Assembly: GCA_036507075.1 (NCBI GenBank)
Contig: DASXQR010000192.1
Location: 32,001-96,000 of the forward strand
Direction of reading: 5' to 3'
DNA from: Acidobacteriota bacterium
Lineage (GTDB): Bacteria > Acidobacteriota > UBA6911 > JACQSX01
Length of the DNA stretch: 64,000 bases
A model generated the notes under the pieces. That model had not been told where the DNA came from. It did no database searches and saw only the letters and a program-made list of their open reading frames with translations. Positions 39,340-50,113 of this stretch are shown piece after piece (the first letter of the stretch is position 1; the number at the start of each line of letters is the position of its first letter). A program made the translations under genes and the position numbers.

Positions 39340-42300
39340 ATGTGGCTTATCAATATCGCGATGCGGCGGCCGCTCACCATTCTGGTGGCGGTCATTGCCG
39401 TGGTTCTGTGCTCTGTGCTGGCACTGCTTCGCATGCCGATCGACATCTTCCCCAATTTGAATCTACCCGTCATCTACGTGGCTCAACCCTATGGTGGAAT
39501 GGATCCCGCCCAGATGGAGGGCTTCCTGGTTTCCTACTACGAGTATCACTTTCTATACATCACCGGAATCGAGCACGTTGAATCCAAATCGATCCAGAAT
39601 GTCGGTCTCCTCAAGCTTTATTTCCACCCGGGAACGGACATGAGCCAGGCCCTGGCGCAGACAATCGCCTATGTGGAACGCTCGCGCGCGTTCATGCCTC
39701 CGGGCACGGTGTCTCCGTTCGTAGTACGATTTGACGCAGGCAGCGTTCCGGTGGGCCAACTGGTCTTTTCCAGCGAGACGCGAGGCGTGGCCGAAATTCA
39801 GGATCTGGCGCTGTTCCGCGTCCGTCCTATGTTTTCCACGCTGCCGGGCGTTTCGGCCCCGCCGCCGTTTGGAGGAAACCAGCGCACGGTGGTCATCCGT
39901 GTGGATCCCGATCGGCTGCGCGCCTACCAGATGTCGCCTGAAGAAGTCATCCGGGCCGTAAGTTCGGGAAACGTCATACTGCCGGCGGGCAATGTTCGTA
40001 CGGGCGATCTCAACCGTCTGGCGCCGATCAATTCCGTCGTCTCCCAGATTCAGGAGCTGGGCAACATTCCGATCCGGACTGGCGCCGGACCGGCTGTCTT
40101 TCTGAGAGACATTGGAACAGTTGAAAACAGCAGTGACATTCTTACCGGATATGCGCTGGTGAACGGAAAGAGAACGGTCTACATACCGGTCACCAAGCGT
40201 GCCGACGCCTCGACTCTGGAGGTAGTCAAGCGGGTCAAGGCAGCGCTGCCCAGAATGCAGGCGGCTATTCCGGATGACATCAGGGTCAGTTTCGAGTTTG
40301 ACCAGTCCGGCTATGTGAAGAATGCCGTTCGGGGCGTAGTCGTTGAAGGAGTATTGGGAGCGTTGCTCACAGGACTGATGGTCTTGCTCTTCCTCAGAGA
40401 TATCCGCAGTGCTCTCATCGTAGTCATCACCATTCCGGTTGCGCTGCTCGCGGCGGTTGTCGGGCTGTGGCTCTCCGGTCAAACGATCAATATCATGACT
40501 CTCGGCGGCCTGGCACTGGCGATCGGCATTCTGGTGGATGAGTCCACCGTCGCCATTGAGAATATTCACACCCATCTTGCGGCGGGCGAAGCTTTACCGC
40601 TGGCGGTGTTTCGCGCCGGCCGCGAGACCATGACCCCCCTGCTGCTGGCCATGCTCTCTGTTTTGGCGGTGTTCGTGCCTTCATTTTTTATGGTCGGGGT
40701 TACACGGGCTCTTTTTGTGCCTCTCTCCTTGGCCGTCGCCTTCGCGATGCTCGCTTCGTATTTGCTTTCCAGCACGCTCGTGCCCGTGCTCTCCTGCCGG
40801 CTCCTGGGAAAGAACCGGGTTGTTCACAGTGCTCCCTTTTTTCAGAGGATGCAACGAGCTTACGGCAGACAATTGGACCGCTGCATGCGGCTCGGCTGGG
40901 CGCTGATAGGTTCCTACGCGCTGGTGGCGGCGGCAGGAGTATTGATCATTCTGCGGTTCATTGGCACAGATATTTTTCCATCAGTGGACACGGGGCTCTT
41001 TCAGCTCAGGTTGCGAGCTCCCACTGGAACTCGAGTGGAACGAACGGAGTTGATCCTGTTAAAGGCTTTGGACTTGATGCGCGACGAGATCGGCCCGGAC
41101 AACCTCTCAATGACACTGGCGTTTGTCGGGACCCAGCCTGCCAGCTATCCGGTCAACACCATCCATCTTTGGACCAGCGGTCCGCAGGAGGCGGTTCTTC
41201 TGGTTGCCGTGCGCCGAGGAGCGCACGTCAAGGTGGAGGATTTAAAGGAGCGGCTGAGGCACAGGCTTTCACAATCTTTACCCGACACCACGCTTTCCTT
41301 TGAAGCTGGAGACGTGGTCAGCCAGATCATGAACTTCGGATCTCCCACTCCGATTCAAGTTGATGTGAACGGGCCCAATCTCGATGCTGACCGCGCCTTT
41401 GCATCAAAGATCATGAATGAGCTTAAGAGAATCTCGTCGCTGCGGGATCTTCAGTACGCGCAACCGCTGGACTATCCAACGATCGATATAAAAATAGACC
41501 GTGAGCGTGCGGGACAACTCGGGGTTACCGTCGAACAGGTCGGTCGAGCCCTTGTCGCCGCCACATCTTCCAGCCGATTTGTGCAGCCCAATTACTGGCG
41601 CGATCCGTCCACCGGCGTCGCTTATCAGGTACAGATCGAAATTCCGCAATCCAGAATGACTTCCCTGGAAGATGTGGAAAGTATCCCGGCCGTGCCGGCA
41701 GGCGGAGGACGCTTGCAGGTGGGTGATGTGGCTCAGGTGAGCTACGGAACGATGCCCGGCGAATACGACCGCTACAACCAGCAGCGTATGGTAAGTATCA
41801 CCGCGAATATTGCGGGCACGGATTTGGGGACGGCCGCAGGCAAGGTTGCCAGCGCAGTGGAACGGGCGGGTGAACCACCGAAAGCCACAACCGTCAATAT
41901 TCGGGGACAGGTGCCGACGATGAAAGACACACTCTTCTGGCTGGCGGTCGGGCTGGCCCTTGCCGTGGTCGTTATTCTCCTGTTGCTGGCCGCCAATTTT
42001 CAATCCACGCGCCTGCCGCTGGTAGTGCTTTCGACCGTGCCTGCCGTGCTCTTCGGCGTGGTGCTCGCGCTCTGGCTGACGCGCACGACTCTAAATGTTC
42101 AGTCCTTCATGGGGGCCATCATGGCCGTGGGCGTATCGGTGGCGAATGCGATTTTGCTCGTTACCTTCGCGGAAACGTCCAGGCGGCAGGGCCGTACCGC
42201 CGCACAGGGTGCAAGAGAAGCGGCGTTTACCCGGCTCCGGCCGATCCTGATGACCACGGCTGCCATGATCGCGGGAATGATTCCTATGTCATTGGGTCTG

Positions 42301-42471
42301 GGAGAAGGCGGTGAGCAAACGGCGCCGCTGGCCCGGGCTGTTATCGGCGGCCTGGCGGCATCGACCGTGAGTGTACTTTTCGTTCTTCCTCTGGTGTTTT
42401 CAGTCGCGCAGGAGCGGGCAGGCAGGGATTCGACCTCAGTTCATCCGGAGGATCTTGGCATGATTGCCTAG
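39340..42471 (+). CDS. RND efflux permease
   Basis: 1043 aa; [27 protein letters not shown]. Confidence 0.95.
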   Translation: MWLINIAMRRPLTILVAVIAVVLCSVLALLRMPIDIFPNLNLPVIYVAQPYGGMDPAQMEGFLVSYYEYHFLYITGIEHVESKSIQNVGLLKLYFHPGTDMSQALAQTIAYVERSRAFMPPGTVSPFVVRFDAGSVPVGQLVFSSETRGVAEIQDLALFRVRPMFSTLPGVSAPPPFGGNQRTVVIRVDPDRLRAYQMSPEEVIRAVSSGNVILPAGNVRTGDLNRLAPINSVVSQIQELGNIPIRTGAGPAVFLRDIGTVENSSDILTGYALVNGKRTVYIPVTKRADASTLEVVKRVKAALPRMQAAIPDDIRVSFEFDQSGYVKNAVRGVVVEGVLGALLTGLMVLLFLRDIRSALIVVITIPVALLAAVVGLWLSGQTINIMTLGGLALAIGILVDESTVAIENIHTHLAAGEALPLAVFRAGRETMTPLLLAMLSVLAVFVPSFFMVGVTRALFVPLSLAVAFAMLASYLLSSTLVPVLSCRLLGKNRVVHSAPFFQRMQRAYGRQLDRCMRLGWALIGSYALVAAAGVLIILRFIGTDIFPSVDTGLFQLRLRAPTGTRVERTELILLKALDLMRDEIGPDNLSMTLAFVGTQPASYPVNTIHLWTSGPQEAVLLVAVRRGAHVKVEDLKERLRHRLSQSLPDTTLSFEAGDVVSQIMNFGSPTPIQVDVNGPNLDADRAFASKIMNELKRISSLRDLQYAQPLDYPTIDIKIDRERAGQLGVTVEQVGRALVAATSSSRFVQPNYWRDPSTGVAYQVQIEIPQSRMTSLEDVESIPAVPAGGGRLQVGDVAQVSYGTMPGEYDRYNQQRMVSITANIAGTDLGTAAGKVASAVERAGEPPKATTVNIRGQVPTMKDTLFWLAVGLALAVVVILLLLAANFQSTRLPLVVLSTVPAVLFGVVLALWLTRTTLNVQSFMGAIMAVGVSVANAILLVTFAETSRRQGRTAAQGAREAAFTRLRPILMTTAAMIAGMIPMSLGLGEGGEQTAPLARAVIGGLAASTVSVLFVLPLVFSVAQERAGRDSTSVHPEDLGMIA

Positions 42472-42483
42472 AAGCTGCCAAGT

Positions 42484-42532
42484 CTGGCTTGGTGCCTTGG
42501 TGGTATTTTTTTTGAACCACCAAGACACCAAG
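42484..42532. repeat. About 50-bp hairpin, copy 2
   Basis: CTGGCTTGGTGCCTTGGTGGT-loop-ACCACCAAGACACCAAG. Confidence 0.85.
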
Positions 42533-42615
42533 ACTACAGACTTTGATTATGCATGGCCCTGGCGGACTAGCTCAGTTGGAAAGGATCAGATCACGATGTG
42601 GGATAGGAGAAATGA

Positions 42616-43890
42616 ATGATCCGGAAGAGAATATTCATGAGTGGGTTTGCAATTGCAACTGTCATCCTCCTTCCCGCGTACTTGAGCTTTTTCGAAACAG
42701 CCGGAGCGGAGAATCAAACGAGAACCACCCGAAAATCGTCCGCCGCATCTGCCGGTTCAAAGATCCCGGTGGTTCTGGTTACAACCGTAAAGTCCCAGCA
42801 ATTGATCCGTCAGGTAAGACTTCCTGCTGAATTGCAGGCGTACCAGGACGTGGCACTGTATGCGAAAGTGCCGGGATTCGTGGAATCCATTGCGGTGGAT
42901 CGCGGCTCTTTCGTCAAGCGCGGACAGTTATTGGCCCGCCTGACGGTCCCTGAGCTGGCCAGCCAGCGCAGGGAAGTGGAAGCAAAGGTTCGAGCCACTC
43001 AGTCGCAGCAGATCGAAGCGACCACACGCATACAGGCCGTCAAGGCTCAGCGCGCAGAGGCAGAAGCAAAACTGGCCTCAGACAATGCCACGTATCAGCG
43101 ATTGAAGCGAGCATCCGAAACACCCGGAGTGGTAGCTGGCAACGATTTGGAAATCGCGCTCCGGACCGTGGAGGCTGACCAGGCCAGAATCCAGCAGTAC
43201 CGCGAACTGGAGAAAGCTGCCGAGGAACAATTGAAATCGCTGCTGGAAAACGAGAAAGCCGCGCGCGCCGCAGCGCAATCTGTCGAAAACATTGAGTCCT
43301 ACCTTCGTATTAGGGCGCCTTTCGGCGGGATCGTCACCGAGCGCAATGCGCATCCCGGAAGTTACGTGGGACCGCCGGGCGGGTCGGGATCATTGCCGAT
43401 GCTGAGAATCCAGGACGTTTCACGCCTGCGTTTGGTGGTGCCCGTTCCGGAAGCAGAAATTGGCGGTGTGGTAAAAGGAACGCTTGTTCAATTCAGCGTG
43501 CGCGCCTTTCCAGGCCAGCTTTTCATCGGAAGTGTGCAGCGCATTGGACACTCGGTTGATTTCAGGACACGAACCATGCCTGTTGAAGTTGATGTCATCA
43601 ACAGAACAGGCCTTCTGGCTCCCGGAATGTTTCCCGAGGTTCTCTGGCCATCCCGGCGTCCAGGCGCATCATTATTTGTTCCCCCTGCGTCGGTCGTTTC
43701 CACGACGGAAAGAACATTCGTCATCCGCGTGCGGGGCGGCGAGGTTGAGTGGGTGGACGTGCGCCGTGGACAGGCGATGGATGAGCTGGTGGAGGTTTTT
43801 GGAAAACTGGCGCCGGGCGAAACGGTGGTGCTGCGTGGCACCGACGAGTTGCGGCCCGGAACCAGGGTTGTTCCAAAGTCTGCCAAGTAG
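42616..43890 (+). CDS. RND periplasmic adaptor (membrane fusion protein)
   Basis: AKVPGFV...[33 protein letters not shown]. Confidence 0.92.
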   Translation: MIRKRIFMSGFAIATVILLPAYLSFFETAGAENQTRTTRKSSAASAGSKIPVVLVTTVKSQQLIRQVRLPAELQAYQDVALYAKVPGFVESIAVDRGSFVKRGQLLARLTVPELASQRREVEAKVRATQSQQIEATTRIQAVKAQRAEAEAKLASDNATYQRLKRASETPGVVAGNDLEIALRTVEADQARIQQYRELEKAAEEQLKSLLENEKAARAAAQSVENIESYLRIRAPFGGIVTERNAHPGSYVGPPGGSGSLPMLRIQDVSRLRLVVPVPEAEIGGVVKGTLVQFSVRAFPGQLFIGSVQRIGHSVDFRTRTMPVEVDVINRTGLLAPGMFPEVLWPSRRPGASLFVPPASVVSTTERTFVIRVRGGEVEWVDVRRGQAMDELVEVFGKLAPGETVVLRGTDELRPGTRVVPKSAK

Positions 43891-43960
43891 CCTTGGTGCC
43901 CAAGTCTGTCTGGCTTTGGTGCCTCAGTGTTTGATTTTTTTGAACCACCAAGACACCAAG
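43891..43960. repeat. About 50-bp hairpin, copy 3
   Basis: CTGGCTTTGGTGCCTCAGTGTTT-loop-GAACCACCAAGACACCAAG. Confidence 0.8.
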
Positions 43961-43976
43961 CTAGCACGTGATCAAT

Positions 43977-43985
43977 TGATATAAT
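43977..43985 (+). promoter_or_regulatory. Candidate extended -10 promoter
   Basis: TGATATAAT (TGn-TATAAT) ending 42 bp upstream of the GTG at 44028. Confidence 0.5.
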
Positions 43986-44027
43986 GCGGGTCGAGAAATA
44001 AAGTTTAACGTTGGCAGAGGATTTACC

Positions 44028-44927
44028 GTGCAGGAATCAGGCGTACAGGAGCCGAAGGTCAACCAGGAAACAAGGGCGCTGGCCGAGCGGCTGGAACGCG
44101 GAGAGGTAGTCTTTTATCCTGTGTGTCCCTTTGCGCTGCCTGGAAAAGAAGACCTGGATTTTCTCCTGAAGCAGGAAGTTCGATGGGGCTCCAAGAACAT
44201 TATGCACGAGCCCCTGACCGGCCGGTTCCGGGGACTGCGGCGCCGTTCCAGCGAGCAGGCCGAACGTGTTCACCGCTTGCTGGCACAGTTCTCACAGGGA
44301 GTCATGCATTGGCTCACCGGCGTCCTTCCACAGTATGCCGCAACGTGGAGACCGGACCAGGTCACGTTTCGGCCCATCGAGGAATCGACGCGAAAATTAT
44401 CTGAGACCGCCCGCAATGACCTGCTCCACGTGGATGCGTTCCCCAGACGTCCCACAAACGGCTGGCGAATCCTCCGAGTTTTTGCCAACGTCAATCCGGC
44501 CCAGCCGCGGATCTGGGCAACGGCGGAAACATTTCCGGAATTGATGCGCCGGTACGGCGATTGCCTGACCCTGCGCCGGCAGGAGCCCACGGGCTTCAAG
44601 TCGGCGTTGAAGCAGTTGTCAGGCCTGCTTCAATCCAAACAGAACAACATTCCCCTTTACGATCAGTTGATGGCCCAGTTTCATCACTTCCTGAAACTGA
44701 ACCGGGACTTTCAGGAACATTGCGAGAAGCGGCTCTGGGAGTTTCCACCGGGATCGGCATGGATGGTCTTCACGGATGTCGCAACGCATGCGGCTCTCAA
44801 AGGGCGTTACGCGCTGGAGCACTCGTTTTATATCTCACCCAGGGCTCTGGTCATCCCGGATCAGTCTCCGGCGGCGATCCTGGAGCGGAAGTTCGGGCGC
44901 CCGGTGCTGGAACCGGCGGAAAGTTAG
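44028..44927 (+). CDS. Kdo hydroxylase (KdoO-like) family dioxygenase
   Basis: LERGEVVFYP, KNI, TFRP, LLHVDAFP.RPTNG.RILRVFANVNP, YD.LM..FH.FLK, FPPGSAW.VFTD...HAAL.G.YALE. Confidence 0.85.
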   Translation: MQESGVQEPKVNQETRALAERLERGEVVFYPVCPFALPGKEDLDFLLKQEVRWGSKNIMHEPLTGRFRGLRRRSSEQAERVHRLLAQFSQGVMHWLTGVLPQYAATWRPDQVTFRPIEESTRKLSETARNDLLHVDAFPRRPTNGWRILRVFANVNPAQPRIWATAETFPELMRRYGDCLTLRRQEPTGFKSALKQLSGLLQSKQNNIPLYDQLMAQFHHFLKLNRDFQEHCEKRLWEFPPGSAWMVFTDVATHAALKGRYALEHSFYISPRALVIPDQSPAAILERKFGRPVLEPAES

Positions 44928-44931
44928 CGAT

Positions 44932-44990
44932 CTGGGCGTTGGCGCCTTGGTGGTAAAGAAAAGATTAACCACAAAGGCACAAACGCACCA
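44932..44990. repeat. About 50-bp hairpin, degenerate copy 4
   Basis: TTGGCGCCTTGGTGGT...ACCACAAAGGCACAAACGCACCA. Confidence 0.65.
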
Positions 44991-45024
44991 GTCCAGCCAA
45001 CAGAACCAAGAGAAGCCGACACAC

Positions 45025-48000
45025 ATGAAAAAAGCATGCTCGACCGTCTTTTGTTTTGCGTCGCTGATTTTTGCAATGCTCTGTTCCGGGCCATTAAGGG
45101 CGGCAGAGGAACCGTTCAACGGCCCGCCTGAATTCAAAGGCATCAAGTATCGCCTCGCCGGCCCGTATGCCGGCGGGCGCATCTCGCGCGTTGCCGGCGT
45201 TCCGGCAGATCCGCTGACTTACTACGCAGCCACCGCGTCGGGAGGTGTCTGGAAGAGCAGCGACGGCGGGAAAGCATGGAAGCCGATCTTCGACAGCCAG
45301 CCAATTTCGTCAATCGGGTCAATCGCTGTTGCTCCTTCCGATCCCAACGTGATCTACGTCGGGTCGGGAGAAGCCAACATCCGGGGCAACGTCGCTGCGG
45401 GAAACGGGATCTACAAATCCACGGATGCCGGAAAAAGCTGGACTCACGCGTGGAATCAGGAAGGCCAGATCGGAACGATGGTAGTTCACCCGACAAACCC
45501 GGAGATTGCGCTGGCCGCCGTGCTCGGCCATGCCTTCGGACCCAACGAGCAGCGGGGTGTCTACAGGACACGCGATGGAGGGAAAACCTGGCAGCGGATC
45601 TTGTACAGGGATCCGGATACAGGCGCCTCGGACGTCTGCTTTGATCCTTCCAATCCCAACATTCTGTTTGCCGGTCTGTGGCAGGCGCGCCGGCGCCCCT
45701 GGCAACTGATCAGCGGAGGTCCGGGCAGCGGATTGTATGTGTCGCGCGACGGCGGAGAGACCTGGAAACAACTGGCCGGCAACGGCCTGCCTGAAGGAAT
45801 CTGGGGAAAAATCGGCGTGGCGGTGGCCCCTTCCAACGGCCTGCGTGTTTACGCCCTGATCGAAGCGGAAAAGGGCGGGCTGTTTCGTTCCGACGACGGC
45901 GGAGATAACTGGACACTGGTCAACGACGGACGCGGCCTCAGGCAGCGCGCCTGGTACTACTCGACCATCACGGTCGATCCTAAAAATCCCGACATTGTCT
46001 GGTGCCCGCAGGTGGCGCTGCTGAAGAGCATCGACGCAGGAAAAACTTTTAAAAACGTGAAGGGTCTGCACCACGGCGACCATCACGACGTCTGGATCGA
46101 TCCCGTCAATCCCCGGCGAATGATCAATGGCAACGACGGCGGCGTGGACATCAGCGTAAACGCGGGCGAGTCCTGGTTTGCGCCGCCCCTGCCGGTTTCC
46201 CAGTTCTACCACGTCGCTGCCGACAATCGGAACCCATACTTTGTTTCCGGCGCAATGCAGGATCTGGGCACTGTCGCCGGTCCCAGCAACAGCCTGAACT
46301 CCCGCGGCATTCGACTGGCCGACTGGCATGGAGTGGGAGGCGGAGAGGCCGGCTTCACCGCGCCCGATCCAAGCGATCCCCATGTTGTGTACGCGGGAGA
46401 ATACGGCGGGGTGATGACGCGCTTTGATCTTCGAACGCGCCAGGTTCGAAATGTAGCCGTGTTTCCTGTTAATCCAAGCGGCCATGGCGCCGAAGATCTG
46501 AAATACCGATTCCAGTGGACCGCGCCCATTCTGGTTTCTCCCCACGATCCGAAAACCGTTTATCACGGATCGAATGTGCTGTTTAAAACAACCGACGGCG
46601 GCATGACCTGGATTGCCATCAGTCCGGATTTGACGCGAAACGACAAGAGCAAGCAGAAATGGTCGGGCGGCCCGATCACCGGGGACAATACAGGCGTGGA
46701 AGTTTATTGCACAATCTTTGCCGTTGCCGAATCGCCACGGCAGAAAGACCTGATCTGGGTGGGAACGGATGACGGCCTGGTGCAGTTGTCGCGCGATGGA
46801 GGCAAAACATGGACCAACGTAACGGCCAATATTCCCGGGATGCCGGAATGGGGCACCGTCAGCATCATCGAGCCTTCGCCGTTTGACGCCGCCACTGCTT
46901 ATGTCGCCGTGGACGCTCACCGGCTCGACGACATGCGGCCTTACGTTTTCAAGACTGCGGATTACGGCCGGAGTTGGAAAAGCTTGAGCTCCGGTCTTCC
47001 CTCCGACGTGTACCTGCATGCAGTGCGCGAAGACCCAAAGAAGCGGGGTCTCCTCTACTTGGGCACCGAAAGAGGCGTCTCATACTCGACCGACGATGGC
47101 GCTTCCTGGAAGGCGCTCAACCTCAATCTTCCCGCAGTCGCCGTGCACGATCTGCTGGTTAAGAACAATGATCTCGTGATCGGCACGCATGGCAGGTCGG
47201 TCTGGATCCTGGACGATTTGACCCCGATTCGTGAAGCGTCATCGCAGATTCTTTCATCGGACATGCATCTTTTCCCTGCGCGGCCTGCCTACCGCTGGCG
47301 CTATCACGATGAGTTCCGCGACCCCGCCGCGGCAGAGAATCCTCCGCGCGGCGCTATCCTCTATTACTACCTGAAAAATAAGCCCAAGGGCGAACTGACC
47401 ATCGAGATCGTCGATTCGGCCGGCAAGTTCGTGAACACGCTTTCCAGCAAGAAGGAGCCGGAAGAAGAAGAGATCTTTGGAGAGTACGATGAAGACCGGG
47501 CCGAAAAAAAGCCCCTGCCCACCGAGGCGGGAGTGCAGCGGGCCAACTGGGATCTGACCCACGCCGGAGCATCGAAAATCAAAGGCGTCAAGGTAGACTC
47601 CGGTGATCCCTCGATCGGGCCGCTGGCAACCGCTGGAATTTACACGGCCCGGCTCAAAGTGGATGGAAAGACGGCTACTACTCCCATCACGGTCCTTGCA
47701 GACCAGAGAGTGCAGGCCTTGCCCGCCGAGCTGGACGAGCAGCTTAAATTTTCGCTCCAGGTACGCGATGCGCTCAATCGCCTCGCGCGGGTAGTGCAGC
47801 AGATCCGATCGATGAAGACGCAGCTCTCAAGTGAAACAGAACTGTGGAAGCAAAATCCAAAAATGGAATCCCTGGTAAAGCCGGCGCAGGCAATCATTGC
47901 CAAAGGCGACGCGCTGGAAGAGAAATTGCACAACCCGCGCGCCAAAATCAGCTATGACATCCTGGCCCAGCCGGGCGGCGCAAAGCTTTATTCACAATTG

Positions 48001-48189
48001 ACCTTCCTTTTCGACGCCGTCAAGAGCAGCGACGGACCGCCCACTCAGGGCATGCGACAGGTATTCGAACAAGAAAGCGCCGAGTTGGGCCGCTACGAGC
48101 AGGAACTTCAATCCGGGGTCATGAATGACTTGGCGGCGCTCAATGAAATGGCCAGAAAACTGGAAGTACCGCACATCGTGGTGCAGTGA
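45025..48189 (+). CDS. Secreted BNR/Asp-box (Sortilin/VPS10-like) glycosyl hydrolase-family protein
   Basis: Many S.D.G.TW Asp-boxes, GGRISRVAG, RFQWTAPI, GTHGRS.WILDD. Start trimmed to ATG 45025, which gives a signal peptide. Confidence 0.88.
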   Translation: MKKACSTVFCFASLIFAMLCSGPLRAAEEPFNGPPEFKGIKYRLAGPYAGGRISRVAGVPADPLTYYAATASGGVWKSSDGGKAWKPIFDSQPISSIGSIAVAPSDPNVIYVGSGEANIRGNVAAGNGIYKSTDAGKSWTHAWNQEGQIGTMVVHPTNPEIALAAVLGHAFGPNEQRGVYRTRDGGKTWQRILYRDPDTGASDVCFDPSNPNILFAGLWQARRRPWQLISGGPGSGLYVSRDGGETWKQLAGNGLPEGIWGKIGVAVAPSNGLRVYALIEAEKGGLFRSDDGGDNWTLVNDGRGLRQRAWYYSTITVDPKNPDIVWCPQVALLKSIDAGKTFKNVKGLHHGDHHDVWIDPVNPRRMINGNDGGVDISVNAGESWFAPPLPVSQFYHVAADNRNPYFVSGAMQDLGTVAGPSNSLNSRGIRLADWHGVGGGEAGFTAPDPSDPHVVYAGEYGGVMTRFDLRTRQVRNVAVFPVNPSGHGAEDLKYRFQWTAPILVSPHDPKTVYHGSNVLFKTTDGGMTWIAISPDLTRNDKSKQKWSGGPITGDNTGVEVYCTIFAVAESPRQKDLIWVGTDDGLVQLSRDGGKTWTNVTANIPGMPEWGTVSIIEPSPFDAATAYVAVDAHRLDDMRPYVFKTADYGRSWKSLSSGLPSDVYLHAVREDPKKRGLLYLGTERGVSYSTDDGASWKALNLNLPAVAVHDLLVKNNDLVIGTHGRSVWILDDLTPIREASSQILSSDMHLFPARPAYRWRYHDEFRDPAAAENPPRGAILYYYLKNKPKGELTIEIVDSAGKFVNTLSSKKEPEEEEIFGEYDEDRAEKKPLPTEAGVQRANWDLTHAGASKIKGVKVDSGDPSIGPLATAGIYTARLKVDGKTATTPITVLADQRVQALPAELDEQLKFSLQVRDALNRLARVVQQIRSMKTQLSSETELWKQNPKMESLVKPAQAIIAKGDALEEKLHNPRAKISYDILAQPGGAKLYSQLTFLFDAVKSSDGPPTQGMRQVFEQESAELGRYEQELQSGVMNDLAALNEMARKLEVPHIVVQ

Positions 48190-48195
48190 AAACGG

Positions 48196-49068
48196 ATGGA
48201 ACTCAACAACAGCGCCACGATGACCGAGGCCGGGTCGGACCGATTGCGAACAAAGATTGAGGAGATCGGGTCGGGATGTGAACTGGGGATCGCCTTTTTC
48301 GATTATCAGACACAGTCGAAATGGAGCTATCAGGGAGACCGTTGGTTTCATGCCGCCAGCACCATCAAGGCGGCGGTGCTGCTGGCGCTCTTTAAAGCAA
48401 TCGAGGAGGGTCGTTTCAGCCTCGATTCGCGGCTGCATGTGCGCAACCGCTTCCTGAGCGCCGTGGACGGCGAACCCTATCGTATTTCCGCGGATCGCGA
48501 CGCGGACAGCAAGGTTCACTCCGCGCTGGGAAAGACCATGCGGCTCGGGGATCTGGCGCTGCAGATGATTGTAACCAGCAGCAATCTGGCCACCAATCTG
48601 CTGGTAGACCTGATCGGAATCCGAGAGGCGCAGCAGTCCATTTCTGCTCTGGGCTGCCCGGGAATTGAACTTCTTCGGGGTGTCGAGGATCGAAAAGCCT
48701 TCGATACAAATATCATCAATCGAGTCACCGCCGAAGGCCTGCTCGAACTTTTTCGGGCGATTTATGAACAACGAAATTTATCAAGCGAATCTGCGCAGCG
48801 AATGCTGGAAATCCTGAATCAACAGGAGTTCAACAGCGGAATTCCAGCCGGCCTGCCCACTTCGATTCGCGAGCAGTGCCGCGTTGCTCATAAAACCGGC
48901 GACATTTCCCGCGTTGCTCATGACGCCGGGCTGGTATTTCTGCCGAATCGAAAACCTTATGCGCTGGCAATACTGACCGAAGCCGGCGCGGAGAACTCAA
49001 CAAAGCAGGAAAAAGTGGCTAGGATTTCCGAGGTAATCTATCAGCACCTTATTTCGGATGGGGAATGA
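48196..49068 (+). CDS. Class A beta-lactamase-like serine hydrolase without signal peptide
   Basis: ASTIK (SxxK), SSN, HKTG. Confidence 0.88.
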   Translation: MELNNSATMTEAGSDRLRTKIEEIGSGCELGIAFFDYQTQSKWSYQGDRWFHAASTIKAAVLLALFKAIEEGRFSLDSRLHVRNRFLSAVDGEPYRISADRDADSKVHSALGKTMRLGDLALQMIVTSSNLATNLLVDLIGIREAQQSISALGCPGIELLRGVEDRKAFDTNIINRVTAEGLLELFRAIYEQRNLSSESAQRMLEILNQQEFNSGIPAGLPTSIREQCRVAHKTGDISRVAHDAGLVFLPNRKPYALAILTEAGAENSTKQEKVARISEVIYQHLISDGE

Positions 49069-49671
49069 ATGGCAGACGAGCCCTCGGTGCCGTTGAAGGT
49101 AGTAGACGGCCTGGATCTGGATGAGAAATATCGCAAGGCTTTAAGGCCGGGCGATTTACTCCAAGATCGAGATGGAAACGCACGTCGCCTTCCCAGATTC
49201 TTTTATGAAATCGATTCCTGGGATAGGGCGAGGAAAATAGAACTCTCGCCGCATTTCGCCTTGTGGGAGTTTATCAACACCGATCTGCACGAGGTGGAAA
49301 CACTGCGCCGCTTTCCACGGTACATTCCCTGCGCCGTTGCCGCCCTTGCGGCGGCGCTGGAAGTATTGAGGGCGCATCTCGGCACCGTGGTACACATTGC
49401 CGCAAACGGCGGCTATCGCTCGCCTGCCCATAAGCTGTCGGGCCACGCATCCACCCATCACTGGGCGACGGCTGCAAATATTTACCGGATCGGGGATGAA
49501 TATATTGACGGGGAGGAAAAGATTCAGAAGTACGCGGAAATAGCACGCAAGTTACTGCCGGCTGTTTGGCCTCGCCCCTTTGGCCATAATGTGGGCTTCG
49601 CCGATGACCACCTGCATCTGGATCTGGGCTACGCAGTGCTGGTGCCGCGCGACGCGGGCAGCGAGGCTTAA
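49069..49671 (+). CDS. Peptidase M15-like (D-Ala-D-Ala peptidase fold) protein
   Basis: LSPHF...EF, LE.LR, GGYRSPAH, STHHWATAANI, HLHLD. Confidence 0.7.
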   Translation: MADEPSVPLKVVDGLDLDEKYRKALRPGDLLQDRDGNARRLPRFFYEIDSWDRARKIELSPHFALWEFINTDLHEVETLRRFPRYIPCAVAALAAALEVLRAHLGTVVHIAANGGYRSPAHKLSGHASTHHWATAANIYRIGDEYIDGEEKIQKYAEIARKLLPAVWPRPFGHNVGFADDHLHLDLGYAVLVPRDAGSEA

Positions 49672-49684
49672 CGCGGTAAAAGAA

Positions 49685-50024
49685 TCACCACAAAGACACA
49701 ACCGGTCCGTGGGCCGCAACCAAAGAAAAAGCCGAGGACGGTCACGTGCACGGGCACGTCAACGATAGACGTCAACGATCACGCTCACGAAAAAAATTCG
49801 TAATTTTGCCTCCTGGCCGGTTAAGTATGATTAAGCTCTGAAATCTGCAGCAGCATTTTTGGTGGACATTGACGTGCACGTGCTCGTAGACGATAAACGT
49901 CGACGTTGACGTGACCGGTCTTGTCTTCTGAAATCTTGTCGAAAAGACAAGAAGTTGCCAACGTGCTACACAAACGTCATAAATAATTCTTGTAGCTTCG
50001 TGCTCTTCGTGCCTTTGTGGTGAA
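49685..50024. repeat. Three-tier composite repeat
   Basis: 9-mer outer arms CACCACAAAGACAC and GTGCCTTTGTGGTGA; GGCCGCAACCAAA left end; hexamer inverted tracts 49741-49790 and 49861-49916. Confidence 0.85.
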
Positions 50025-50060
50025 TCTTTTCACAAGCACAGTGCAACGAGCCCGGGATTT

Positions 50061-50088
50061 TTGCAGGAACTTCCCCTCAGGATACAAT
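50061..50088 (+). promoter_or_regulatory. Candidate sigma70 promoter
   Basis: TTGCAG-N16-TACAAT ending 25 bp before ATG 50114. Confidence 0.4.
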
Positions 50089-50113
50089 CGATTTAGACAA
50101 CCGGTACACGGCC

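Noticed and set aside
42561..42579. GGCGGACTAGCTCAGTTGG resembles a tRNA 5' end
   Set aside because: The D-stem does not close, and no T-loop (GTTCRA) or complementary acceptor strand follows.
37873..44990. Gene-separating hairpins as integron attC sites
   Set aside because: No RYYYAAC/GTTRRRY cores or integrase were found, and the genes form a coherent efflux operon.
45319..47019. Long antisense ORFs (566 aa here; also 24546-25823, 34940-36022, 39553-40575, 29713-30732, 12608-13591)
   Set aside because: They are shadows of well-supported genes, expected from GC-rich codon bias, and have no motifs.
48196..49068. Antibiotic-resistance class A beta-lactamase
   Set aside because: No signal peptide and no ExxLN omega-loop motif; kept only as a beta-lactamase-like hydrolase.
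49672..50113. Hidden Pup/UBact small ORF upstream of the ligase-like gene
   Set aside because: The gap is almost entirely repeat-derived, and I saw no acidic ORF ending in GGE/GGQ/RxGE.
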